Source: an uncultured Dolosicoccus sp. (GTDB lineage: Bacteria; Bacillota; Bacilli; Lactobacillales; Aerococcaceae). Taken from it: a stretch of 63,049 nt of DNA. Shown one piece after another: positions 29,583-38,706 of this stretch. The notes beneath the pieces were generated by a model. That model was not told the origin of the DNA and ran no database searches. It was given only the letters and a program-made list of their open reading frames with translations. The stretch covers positions 1 through 63,049 of the forward strand of contig CALYPW010000001.1 of assembly GCA_945278685.1 (NCBI GenBank), given 5' to 3'. The translations under genes were made by a program, and so were the position numbers. Position 1 is the first letter of the stretch. Every line of letters begins with the position of its first letter.

Positions 29583-29871
29583 TATCAAAACATTTTAAAA
29601 ACATGATTTATTGAAAGGTTCCTTAAGGTCAAATGTTGCCACAAACTATGACCTCATCAGTATTCGCAAGGTTTTTTGGTGTTTGTGGCTCGATAAATAA
29701 CGCAGGATCAAATGACTATTGTGCCAAGGTTGTGATAAGATTCGTTTGAAGATATTTGTTCTGTCAGTTGTCAGCGTCGTGACCCTGAATGATCAAGCAG
29801 TGAAGGTTCATCGGTATTTGTCGACTGAATATTGCGATTAATGAACACACGTAAAAATCCAAGGAGGAAGA

Positions 29872-30570
29872 GTGCTCGTGGACCATATTCAAGCAATCAA
29901 GAAGGATTTAGACGTTCAAAACTTTCCGACGCTGAAAGAAGCAATCTACCAATCCATACGTAAAAGCATTATTTTGGGCGCGGTGCCTGCAGGAACCCGT
30001 ATTAACGAATTGCAGTTGGCAGAAGAGCTCAATCTCAGCCGCACACCGATCCGATTTGCCCTAAATAAATTGGCGGATGAAAAACTTGTTCAACGCATTC
30101 CTGGGATCGGTACTGAAGTCGTGGGAATCGATCAGGCCGATGCCCGTGAAATCTTCGAAATTCGCAAAGCTTTGGATGCGCTCGCCACTGTTATGGCGAT
30201 GAATCATATGTCTGAAGAGGAATTTCAAGAACTCAAGGATCTTCTGGAACGTGGGGATGTCTACCATAAAAATGATCAAGTGGTAGATTTGACGGAAAGC
30301 TTTTCGGAATTTAATGAATTTATCTACGAAAAAGCGGCCATGCCTCGGTTGAAAAGCATCGTGCATGAGTTGCGAACTTATTTGGGATACTTTCGGACCA
30401 TGTCCATCTTTGCGGAAGAGCGACGAACATTTGCGCTCCAAGAACATTGGATGATCTATCGTGGCATGGTCAATCGCGATGAGATGCAAGTGCGCTTAAT
30501 TATTGATGAACACTTGGAGCACTCTCTGACCTTTATCTTAGAGGAGATGAATCGACTTGGTATCGACTAA
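29872..30570 (+). CDS. citO: GntR/FadR-family regulator of the citrate locus (CitO-like)
   Basis: wHTH (E..LAEEL.LSRTPIR.AL), FCD domain (EH..I, HL); adjacent to citG. Confidence 0.78.
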   Translation: MLVDHIQAIKKDLDVQNFPTLKEAIYQSIRKSIILGAVPAGTRINELQLAEELNLSRTPIRFALNKLADEKLVQRIPGIGTEVVGIDQADAREIFEIRKALDALATVMAMNHMSEEEFQELKDLLERGDVYHKNDQVVDLTESFSEFNEFIYEKAAMPRLKSIVHELRTYLGYFRTMSIFAEERRTFALQEHWMIYRGMVNRDEMQVRLIIDEHLEHSLTFILEEMNRLGID

Positions 30571-31450
30571 CAGCCTAGGATTCCGACCGCCGAAGTTTGC
30601 CAAGAAAGCCTTGCTCTATGAGTTGGCCCTTACGCCAAGTCCCGGTCTGGTCGACCGTGCCAATACGGGGAGTCATACCGACATGAACTTTTTTGTTTTC
30701 TTGGACAGTGCGTTGGCCTTGGGGCCTTATTTGGATAAATATTATCAAGCAGGATTAGTGCATCAAGGGGATTTGAAAGAACTCTTTGAACGGTTAAGAT
30801 ATTTGGGTGCCCAAGCAGAAGAGGCCATGTTTCAAGCGACCCAAGGGATCAATACTCACAAGGGCATTAACTTCTCTCTCGCTTTGGTATTAGGAGCGAC
30901 GGGTTATCATCAATTGCAAGAACCGAGGCGCGTGGAATGGAGTGCTGGGGATACTCAGCAAATTTTCAGCTATGTGACGGAGATGGTGGACGGTTTAATT
31001 GCCCATGATTTTCAAGATCTTGAATCAAAGGAAACCCTGACCCATGGGGAGCGCCTTTATCGTGATCATGGAATTAAAGGAATTCGTGGGCAAGCCGAAG
31101 CGGGCTATCCCGATTTGAGCCAACATTTACTTCCCTACTGGCGGCAGCTGAAAGTTGAGTCCTTGGACAGTTACTTGTTGAAAGGTCTGGTTCTTTTGAT
31201 GTCGGTCAGTGAAGACAGTAATTTATTGCACCGTGGGGGTTATGAGGCTTGGCAAAGGGTTCAAGCAGAAAGTCAGTCCCTGATTGATCAAGAGCTCTCG
31301 GATGCAGACTTGCGCCAACAATTACAAGACTATGATCAAGCGTTGATTGAACGAAAATTAAGTCCTGGAGGTTCAGCAGATTTGTTGGCCTTGGGTATTT
31401 ATTTTGCACTCTTGGAAGGGATCTTACCCCTCTCGCCCGATGGTGAATAA
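30557..31450 (+). CDS. citG: Triphosphoribosyl-dephospho-CoA synthase
   Basis: ALLYEL.LTP.PGLVD..N.GSH.DM, G.NTHKG, T.GE, G.RG.A..G, LSPGGSADLL. Confidence 0.93.
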   Translation: MVSTNSLGFRPPKFAKKALLYELALTPSPGLVDRANTGSHTDMNFFVFLDSALALGPYLDKYYQAGLVHQGDLKELFERLRYLGAQAEEAMFQATQGINTHKGINFSLALVLGATGYHQLQEPRRVEWSAGDTQQIFSYVTEMVDGLIAHDFQDLESKETLTHGERLYRDHGIKGIRGQAEAGYPDLSQHLLPYWRQLKVESLDSYLLKGLVLLMSVSEDSNLLHRGGYEAWQRVQAESQSLIDQELSDADLRQQLQDYDQALIERKLSPGGSADLLALGIYFALLEGILPLSPDGE

Positions 31451-31492
31451 ACAAAAGAACGGCTGGAGGCATGAGCTCCAGCCGTTCTTTGT
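31451..31492. terminator. Bidirectional terminator between citG and pckA
   Basis: ACAAAAGAACGGCTGGAG...CTCCAGCCGTTCTTTGT. Confidence 0.8.
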
Positions 31493-31502
31493 CTTCTTGT
31501 GT

Positions 31503-33134
31503 CTAGTGAATGGAGGTATTAATAAGTTCGTAGAGTGCGTTCGGTATTTCGTCGGGTAGGTTTTCCGGATACTGGCGGATGAAGCTCAAGCGCATTTCTA
31601 AACGGCTCTTGAAGAGCTTCAAATACTCGGTGTCATCGAAAGGTACGTCATATCCTTCCCAGTCTAAATACTTAAGGTCTTTGAAAGGACCGAAAGGCTT
31701 CAGTTTTCTAGTGTCTTCTACCAAGGCTTCAATGGCTCCTAAAGTGACTTCAGGTCCAATGTCTTGGCCGAGGAAATCTCCAGTGTTGATGATGTAGCAA
31801 TCCACACCACTGTCGAAGAGGGATTTGAATTTCAAGTAATCTTGCTTTAGCTCCCAAATTCTAAATGGGTTGGCGAAGGGTTCGATGACAAGGTCCCCTT
31901 GCTCCTCGGTGACGTTTTCCGCAGATGAACGTTTGGTAGCTAGGGTTAATCCGAAGGTCGAGGCCAAGACAGATTGATTGATCTTCACCACCGGTGGTAA
32001 GGAGTTATCCTTCATGATCCAATAGATGGCATCGATAGGTTCGTTGATTTTATCCACGCGGTTTGGAGTGGCATAACGCGATTTGACGGTTCGACCGTTT
32101 CCGTTACGGATGTCCTCCGTCACAAGAACGCGTTTGCCGTTTTCATCCAAGGTGACACCGGCGTTCATCACGGTAACATAGGAACGCTCTTCGGGATGTC
32201 CGGCGGGATAATCGCTGGTTTTGTCAAAGTAGGCAGGTTCCAGAGCAATGGACGAGAAGTCGTCTTGAGAAATAATAAAGGCATCGTCATGCAAGACTTG
32301 AATATTGCATTTGTCGTCATGGTTGGCGTGAGTCAGCGTGGACTTTCCAGATCCTGATAGACCAAAGAAGGAGGCCACGTAGGACTCTTTGGTATCTTTG
32401 TTTTCGAAAATCTTCAAACCACCGTGACAGGAAATGAAGTTGTTTCGGTTAGCGGTTCCCCAAGCCAATGTTAAGGTTCCTTTTTTGATTTCTCCAAAAT
32501 AATGCATTCCCAAAATAGCTGCACAGTTATGCTTTGGATCGAAATAGGCCAATCCATCGGGGTAGTCTGGGTGGGACCACTCAGGATAGAAATAAATAAA
32601 GATGTCGTTCTCATCATATTCCCGTGATTTGACGTAACGCTTACCATAGGCTGTGTTGAAGGCTTGGAAGTTGATGAGCCAGGAATACATGTTATGAGCT
32701 TGTCCTTCAGGCATCATGATGTGTGCTTGAACCATGAAGTCTTCATCCAATCCCATCAGGGCTTTTCCGGAGATGAAGGGTTCTAAAGAGCCTTGAGAGA
32801 CTGCTTCACGAACGATTTTTAAGAGCTTTTCATCTTCTTCAGGATCCTCACCGTGAATGCGTCGAGCGGCTGCGGTTCTTCCAACAACCTCTCCGTCATT
32901 GGCGAGCAAGACCTTGGCATTGCTTGGCAGACCGAGTTCTTCGGTGTGCTCGACAGACAGGTCTAAAGGAATGACCTTGCTTAAAGATTGGGCCAAACGA
33001 TAGGCTTCAGAGACCGTATAGATTCGATTTACGTTATTGGCGTAGAAAGCTGTTTCGATGGTCGCTTTCAAAGGAGAAATGTAACCGGCTTCTTTTAAGA
33101 TAGTAGAGGCATTGAAATATCTGCGTGTACTCAT
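31503..33134 (-). CDS. pckA: Phosphoenolpyruvate carboxykinase (ATP-dependent, Firmicute type)
   Basis: YFGEIKKG, CHGG, Walker A FFGLSGSGKSTL, kinase-2 LHDD, NGR, PFANPF, INTG. Confidence 0.85.
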   Translation of the reverse strand: MSTRRYFNASTILKEAGYISPLKATIETAFYANNVNRIYTVSEAYRLAQSLSKVIPLDLSVEHTEELGLPSNAKVLLANDGEVVGRTAAARRIHGEDPEEDEKLLKIVREAVSQGSLEPFISGKALMGLDEDFMVQAHIMMPEGQAHNMYSWLINFQAFNTAYGKRYVKSREYDENDIFIYFYPEWSHPDYPDGLAYFDPKHNCAAILGMHYFGEIKKGTLTLAWGTANRNNFISCHGGLKIFENKDTKESYVASFFGLSGSGKSTLTHANHDDKCNIQVLHDDAFIISQDDFSSIALEPAYFDKTSDYPAGHPEERSYVTVMNAGVTLDENGKRVLVTEDIRNGNGRTVKSRYATPNRVDKINEPIDAIYWIMKDNSLPPVVKINQSVLASTFGLTLATKRSSAENVTEEQGDLVIEPFANPFRIWELKQDYLKFKSLFDSGVDCYIINTGDFLGQDIGPEVTLGAIEALVEDTRKLKPFGPFKDLKYLDWEGYDVPFDDTEYLKLFKSRLEMRLSFIRQYPENLPDEIPNALYELINTSIH

Positions 33135-33195
33135 GTGTTTAATCCTCTCTTATTTGGCATGTGACAACGGGGAAATTTAATTAGTAGTTCCAGAA

Positions 33196-33228
33196 ATGAA
33201 ACCCTTACACAGAGTGTAAAGGATTTCA
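33196..33228. promoter_or_regulatory. Pair of cre-like (CcpA) sites near pckA
   Basis: 33196-33209 reverse complement TGTAAGGGTTTCAT (looser match) and 33215-33228 TGTAAAGGATTTCA (13/14 to TGWAANCGNTNWCA). Confidence 0.55.
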
Positions 33229-33505
33229 ACAAAAAAACAAACCTTATCGCTAGCGGATGGACGGTTGGGCCACCCAGGAAGCTGACGTTAGCTGATGCCC
33301 AATCACTCTGCACTTTAATTGTTTTTTCACATGCGACTCATGCAATTTATTACTAGATCCTTTACACTTAAGTTAAGTTGCTAATCATCCTAAAGGTCGA
33401 TGTCCAATCTTTTGCTTGCAAATGTTTTACGGGTCCACCTAAAGAGTGCGAAGCGATCGAGAGGCTCCAGCGATTGGATGACTTGAAAGAGAAAAGAGGT
33501 ATATC

Positions 33506-34903
33506 ATGAACAATAAAAAAGTGAGGATTACAGAAACGATCTTGCGTGATGCTCACCAAAGTTTAATGGCGACACGCATGTCGACCGATGACATGTTACC
33601 CATAGTCGAAACCTTGGACCAAGCGGGTTATTACGCCTTGGAAATGTGGGGCGGAGCGACTTATGATTCAGCCATTCGTTATTTAAACGAAGACCCATGG
33701 GAGCGACTGCGTAAAATTCGTAAACGTACCAAAAACACAAAGTTACAAATGCTTTTACGTGGCCAAAACCTCATCGGTTACCGCCATTATGCTGATGACA
33801 TCGTGGATAAGTTCATCGAAAAAGCGGTCGAGAACGGCATTGATGTCTTTAGAATTTTCGATGCCTTGAACGACACACGCAACATGCAAGCATCCCTTGA
33901 TGCGGTGAAGAAGCACGGTGGACATGCACAGTTAACCATCTGTTATACAACGTCCGATGTTCACACGATTGAGTACTTTACGGACCTTGCCAAAGAGTTG
34001 ATTGAGATGGGTGCAGACTCCATCTGTTTGAAAGACATGGCAGGAATCTTAACACCAGCAGTTGCTCGCAAAATCATTCCAGCACTGAAAGAAGTCATTA
34101 ATGTTCCATTAGACGTGCATACCCACGCAACCGCAGGTGTTGCCAGCATGACTTACTTTGAGTCCGTTGAAGCGGGTGCTGACATTATTGACACGGCACT
34201 TTCTCCGCTTGGAGGAGGAACCAGCCAGCCACCAACAGAATCTCTGGTACTCACTTTGGAAGAGCTTGGTATAGATACGCAGATTAACATGGATAAGGTC
34301 CAAGAAGCCGTTGACTACTTCAAAAAGATCCGCGACAAGTACCTTGAGTCTGGAGATCTTGACCCTGTCATGATGTTTACAGATCCCCGTGCCTTGATCT
34401 ATCAAGTGCCAGGAGGTATGCTGTCCAACTTGTATTCTCAGCTTCAAGGAGCAGGTGCATCTGATCGCTACCAAGAAGTTTTGGAAGAAGTACCAAATGT
34501 ACGTGAGGACTTAGGGTTCCCACCACTGGTTACACCGATGAGTCAAATGGTTGGAACACAGGCAGTCTTCAACGTTCTAACCGGTGAACGCTACAAGATG
34601 GTTCCAAATGAAATCAAGGATTATCTGCGTGGCCAATACGGAAAGACGCCCGCACCTGTGGATGAAGAATTCCGTCAAAGCATCATCGGAGACGATGAAG
34701 TAATCACAGATCGTCCAGCGGATCATTTAGAGCCGGAATTTGAAACTCTTCGCGAAGAGCTGGGAGATCTTGCGCGCACAGATGAAGACGTACTGACATA
34801 TGCCCTTTTCCCAGAGGTTGGAAAACAGTATTTAGAAAATAAATACAACCCTGTCCAGGAAGAAGATTCAGACGAAGTTATTAAAATTAGAATTCATCGT
34901 TAA
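33506..34903 (+). CDS. oadA: Oxaloacetate decarboxylase alpha subunit (carboxyltransferase only, no biotin domain)
   Basis: LRDAHQSL.ATRM, EMWGGATYD, LRGQN, KDMAG, HTH, QVPGGM.SN, VTPMSQ.VG; 465 aa without AMKM. Confidence 0.93.
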   Translation: MNNKKVRITETILRDAHQSLMATRMSTDDMLPIVETLDQAGYYALEMWGGATYDSAIRYLNEDPWERLRKIRKRTKNTKLQMLLRGQNLIGYRHYADDIVDKFIEKAVENGIDVFRIFDALNDTRNMQASLDAVKKHGGHAQLTICYTTSDVHTIEYFTDLAKELIEMGADSICLKDMAGILTPAVARKIIPALKEVINVPLDVHTHATAGVASMTYFESVEAGADIIDTALSPLGGGTSQPPTESLVLTLEELGIDTQINMDKVQEAVDYFKKIRDKYLESGDLDPVMMFTDPRALIYQVPGGMLSNLYSQLQGAGASDRYQEVLEEVPNVREDLGFPPLVTPMSQMVGTQAVFNVLTGERYKMVPNEIKDYLRGQYGKTPAPVDEEFRQSIIGDDEVITDRPADHLEPEFETLREELGDLARTDEDVLTYALFPEVGKQYLENKYNPVQEEDSDEVIKIRIHR

Positions 34904-34921
34904 TAAAGAAGGAGGAAGACA

Positions 34922-35203
34922 GTGGAGAGTGTAAGTATTGGCGACGGCCTGATATTAACGGTTGTTGCGATAGTCTTAGTGTTTATCGTACTAGCGGCTT
35001 TATGGGGGTTCATTGAGCTTGTTCATAAGGTTCTCGGAGATGAACCAGAGGAAACGCCAAAGGCAGTGGCTCCTGCGCCAGCAACAGCTCCAGCCAGTAA
35101 CAGTGAGTTGCAGACAGTTGCAGAAATAATGGCTGTGATTGCGGCTCACGAAGAAGATCCAAAGAATGATTATGAAATTGTAGAAACGAAAAGAATTTGT
35201 TAG
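34922..35203 (+). CDS. oadG: Na+-translocating decarboxylase gamma-type subunit (OadG-like)
   Basis: N-terminal TM (VFIVLAALW), Pro/Ala linker, [10 protein letters not shown] helix. Confidence 0.75.
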   Translation: MESVSIGDGLILTVVAIVLVFIVLAALWGFIELVHKVLGDEPEETPKAVAPAPATAPASNSELQTVAEIMAVIAAHEEDPKNDYEIVETKRIC

Positions 35204-35214
35204 GAGAGATTGTA

Positions 35215-35565
35215 ATGAAAAGATATGAAATTGAAATTAACAACGAAGTTTACCATGTAACGGTTCGTCCGATTGAAGAAGGACAAGCACCTGTTCAACA
35301 ATCAACAGCGGCTCCTACGGAAGCATCACCAGCCCCAGAAACATCCGGCGCAGGAACAACTGTCACTGCACCAATGGGTGGAAATGTTTGGAAAGTTGAA
35401 GTTCAACCAGGACAAGCCGTCAAAGCCGGTGATGTCTTAGTAATTCTAGAAGCAATGAAGATGGAAAACGAAATCGTCGCACCAGCGGACGGTGTCGTTC
35501 AAGCGATTCATGTCAATGTTAACGATGCGGTAGATACCGACCAAGACTTAGTAACCTTAGGTTAG
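35215..35565 (+). CDS. oadD: Stand-alone biotin carboxyl carrier subunit of the decarboxylase
   Basis: MKRYEI.IN..VY.V, Ala/Pro linker, [10 protein letters not shown] biotinylation motif. Confidence 0.88.
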   Translation: MKRYEIEINNEVYHVTVRPIEEGQAPVQQSTAAPTEASPAPETSGAGTTVTAPMGGNVWKVEVQPGQAVKAGDVLVILEAMKMENEIVAPADGVVQAIHVNVNDAVDTDQDLVTLG

Positions 35566-35585
35566 TGAAGGGAGTCTCAAAAATT

Positions 35586-36716
35586 ATGCTTGACGTAATT
35601 ATTGACCTGATTCATACATCGGGTCTGGCAGCGATGACTTATAAAGAGCTCATCATGATTGCCATCGCATTAATATTCATTTATTTGGCGGTAGAAAAAG
35701 ACTACGAGCCATACCTATTGATTCCGATTGCTTTCGGGATCTTGCTTGTCAACCTGCCATTAGCGGGTCTAATGGATCCACCCATGGACGGACATCCAGG
35801 TGGATTGCTCTACTACCTCTACCAAGGAACAGATTTGGGAATATTCCCACCGCTGATTTTCCTGTGTTTAGGTGCGTCCACGGACTTTGGTCCTTTAATT
35901 GCTAATCCTAAGACCTTGCTTTTAGGAGCGGCCGCTCAGTTTGGGATTTTTGCTGCATTCTTTGGAGCGATTGCTCTAGGAATGACCGGTCCAGAAGCAG
36001 CTTCTATTGGAATTATCGGTGGGGCGGATGGTCCGACGGCGATCTATACGACCACGCAGTTGGCGGATCACCTATTACCAATTATCGCTTTGGCTGCGTA
36101 TTCTTACATGGCCTTGGTACCCATCATCCAACCACCAATTATGAATGCTTTAACAACTGAAGAAGAGCGTAGAACGCCAATGGTTCAAGCGCGTAAAGTT
36201 TCTAAGCGTGAGAAAGTCATTTTCCCAATTGTGACGACCATTTTCGTTTCTTTGATTGTTCCATCAGCAACTGTGTTAGTCGGTTGTTTGATGCTAGGGA
36301 ACTTAATCCGTGAAAGTAATGCCGTCCCTCTATTGGCGAACACTTTGGAAAACACCATGATGTACATTATCACCATTTTGCTTGGACTAACCGTTGGTGC
36401 AAAAGCGACAGGGGACTTATTCTTGTCAGCTGCAACCATCAAAATCGTTCTCTTAGGATTCTTTGCTTTCGCTGTCGGAAGCGCTTCGGGAGTTCTTATG
36501 GGTAAATTGATGTACCGCCTAACCGGTGGGAAAGTCAACCCACTCATCGGATCGGCCGGAATATCAGCTGTTCCAATGGCCGCGCGAGTTGCTCAGCGTG
36601 AAGGAATTAAGGCCAATCCAAACAACTACCTCCTCATGCATGCCATGGGACCAAACGTTGCTGGAGTTATCGGATCTGCAGTGGCAGCAGGTGTCCTTCT
36701 ATCCTTCTTTGGATAA
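35586..36716 (+). CDS. oadB: Na+-transporting oxaloacetate decarboxylase beta subunit
   Basis: EPYLLIPI.FG, TDFGPL.ANP, IGIIGGADGPT, AYSYMALVP, HAMGPNVAGVIGSA. Confidence 0.95.
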   Translation: MLDVIIDLIHTSGLAAMTYKELIMIAIALIFIYLAVEKDYEPYLLIPIAFGILLVNLPLAGLMDPPMDGHPGGLLYYLYQGTDLGIFPPLIFLCLGASTDFGPLIANPKTLLLGAAAQFGIFAAFFGAIALGMTGPEAASIGIIGGADGPTAIYTTTQLADHLLPIIALAAYSYMALVPIIQPPIMNALTTEEERRTPMVQARKVSKREKVIFPIVTTIFVSLIVPSATVLVGCLMLGNLIRESNAVPLLANTLENTMMYIITILLGLTVGAKATGDLFLSAATIKIVLLGFFAFAVGSASGVLMGKLMYRLTGGKVNPLIGSAGISAVPMAARVAQREGIKANPNNYLLMHAMGPNVAGVIGSAVAAGVLLSFFG

Positions 36717-36757
36717 GAGTCTCGACCGATTACCATAAGAACTCATCATGCGTATAG

Positions 36758-36785
36758 CCGGGGCAAGTGCTCCGGCTATTTTTTT
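36758..36785 (+). terminator. Terminator closing the oad operon
   Basis: ATAGCCGGGGCA..TGCTCCGGCTAT followed by a T-run. Confidence 0.8.
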
Positions 36786-36879
36786 AAAAAAGTCGGTAAG
36801 AATACAGCTTCAATCTTTTGAACAATATTTCTAAGGCAACTCCAGGATCTTCCATTTCTTGAGAGGTTGGGCGGGCGCG

Positions 36880-36950
36880 TGAAAGCGCTACCGAAAAAAC
36901 AATTGAAGAACAGTCGGATCATTGAAAATCTTAGCTGTATTTAGTAAATT
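36880..36950 (+). promoter_or_regulatory. cre-like site and sigma-A promoter of the citrate transporter/lyase operon
   Basis: TGAAAGCGCTACCG (12/14 cre) at 36880; TTGAAA-N17-TAAATT at 36922-36950. Confidence 0.5.
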
Positions 36951-37042
36951 TAATGTGTACAAGTTCACATACCAAGATGTTGTTTGTTGTAGTAGTCACT
37001 TGTTCATTAGATGTTTGTCGTTTGTTTCGATAGGAGGAAAAC

Positions 37043-38347
37043 ATGAATATGTTAGCGATCATCGGTTTTGCACTCATTATTCTTTTAATGTACGTGTTGA
37101 TTACCGAAAAAATGGCACCACCGGTTGCCTTTATCATTTTCCCAATCATTGCTGCTTTCATTGCAGGATCTGGAATTTCAGAGGTTTCAGAGTTTATTGG
37201 GACAGGTTTAGAGACCGTTCTAGATACTGCCGTCTTGTTCTTATTCTCTATTTCTTACTTTACCTTAATGTCCGAGCAAGGGCTCTTTGACCCCATGGTT
37301 GACTGGGTAGTTGAAAAAGTCGGTAAGAACATTGCGATGATTTTCTTAGCGGTTCTTGTAGTGGTAGTCGTTGCTCACTTAGACGGAAGTGGAGCGTCCT
37401 CTTACCTGATCACGATTCCGGCCTTCAAGCCAATCATGGATCGTCTGAAGGTTGAGCCTACACATTTCTTAGGAACAGTTATTGCTATGATGTCCGCCAT
37501 GAACATTATTCCTTGGGGCGGACCCACCATCCGTGCGGCAACTGTTGCCGGTGTCGAAGTTTTTGACCTTTACAAGGGCATCTTACCAGCAGTTATGGTC
37601 ATGTTCGGAGTGGCGATTGCCATTGCTTTATTTTATGCCAACCGTACAAAAGCCAAGTTGACCAAAGATGGCAACATGGACTTGGAAGGTTTAGCAGGAG
37701 CTATTGAAGAAAAAGAATTACCCGTCGGCAAGAGCCTATACATGGCAAACCTTGTATTAACAGTTGTCATGTTGGCCTGTTTGTTCTTAGATATTGGACT
37801 ACCCATGCACTTCATCTTCATGTTGGCCTTCGCGATTGCTTTAGTGATTAACTTCAAGAGTGTTAAAGAACAAAACGCTCAAATTAAGCATTACGGAGTC
37901 AACGCTATCAACATGACGATGACACTTTTTGCCGTTGGAATTTTCATGGGAGTCATCCAAGACTCGGGAATGGTGGATGCCATGGCAACATCCATTATCA
38001 ACCTATTGCCAGATGCCTTTGCACCACACATGCACTGGTTCATCGCTTTGTTCAGTGTGCCGTTAATGATGGTACTTGGAACAGACGCTTTCTACTACGC
38101 CATGTTACCGATTGTTATCGGAATCGTTGGACCATTTGGTATCACACCAGAGCAAGCAGCAAGTACGTTATTGATTACTGGAACATACGGAACTTACATC
38201 AGCCCAACGGTTGCTGCTAACTATGTTGGAGTGACCCTTGCAGGGACAACCATCGGTGAGCACATCCGTAAGAACTTACCAATCATGTGGGCAAGTAGTA
38301 TTGTCGTCTTGATCTTAGCGACTCTACTTGGAGCTGTTCCTTTCTAA
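37043..38347 (+). CDS. CitMHS-family (metal-)citrate transporter
   Basis: About 11 TMs, LF.ISYF..M...GLFDP, HLDGSGAS, MNIIPWGGPT, TDAFYY..LP; directly upstream of citD. Confidence 0.88.
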   Translation: MNMLAIIGFALIILLMYVLITEKMAPPVAFIIFPIIAAFIAGSGISEVSEFIGTGLETVLDTAVLFLFSISYFTLMSEQGLFDPMVDWVVEKVGKNIAMIFLAVLVVVVVAHLDGSGASSYLITIPAFKPIMDRLKVEPTHFLGTVIAMMSAMNIIPWGGPTIRAATVAGVEVFDLYKGILPAVMVMFGVAIAIALFYANRTKAKLTKDGNMDLEGLAGAIEEKELPVGKSLYMANLVLTVVMLACLFLDIGLPMHFIFMLAFAIALVINFKSVKEQNAQIKHYGVNAINMTMTLFAVGIFMGVIQDSGMVDAMATSIINLLPDAFAPHMHWFIALFSVPLMMVLGTDAFYYAMLPIVIGIVGPFGITPEQAASTLLITGTYGTYISPTVAANYVGVTLAGTTIGEHIRKNLPIMWASSIVVLILATLLGAVPF

Positions 38348-38397
38348 AAGGTTGTTAATAGTAAAGTCGAAGAAAACATTAGGAAGGTGATCTTAAC

Positions 38398-38706
38398 GTG
38401 GAGATAAAAAAGCAAGCGGTCGCAGGAACGGTTGAGTCTAGCGACATCATGATTACAATTGAACCCAATGATTCTCAAGGCATCAAGATTGATCTTGAAA
38501 GTTCTGTTGAGAAGCAATTCGGTCGCCAAATTCGTCAAGTGATTCAAGAAACAGCTGAAAAGCTTGGACTGGAGAACGCAACGATCATCGCCGTGGACCA
38601 AGGAGCTCTCGATTGTACGATTCAAGCCCGTACAATCGCTGCGGCTTACCGTGCAGCAGATGAAACTCAATTCAACTGGAAGGAGATTAGCTCATGGACC
38701 GTTTAA
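38398..38706 (+). CDS. citD: Citrate lyase acyl carrier protein (gamma)
   Basis: AVAGTVESSD (prosthetic-group Ser), SSVEKQFG, DQGALDCTI.AR. Confidence 0.96.
   Translation: MEIKKQAVAGTVESSDIMITIEPNDSQGIKIDLESSVEKQFGRQIRQVIQETAEKLGLENATIIAVDQGALDCTIQARTIAAAYRAADETQFNWKEISSWTV

Noticed and set aside
33263-36872. GGTTGGGC occurring upstream of both oadA and the citrate transporter as a CitO operator
   Set aside because: Only an 8-bp non-palindromic match with unrelated flanks; the first copy is explained by a hairpin.
36922-37290. 122-aa ORF overlapping the transporter start, and 8409..8615 in the tyrS/hydrolase spacer
   Set aside because: Their starts lack an RBS and coincide with promoter elements; the translations are Cys-rich or low-information.
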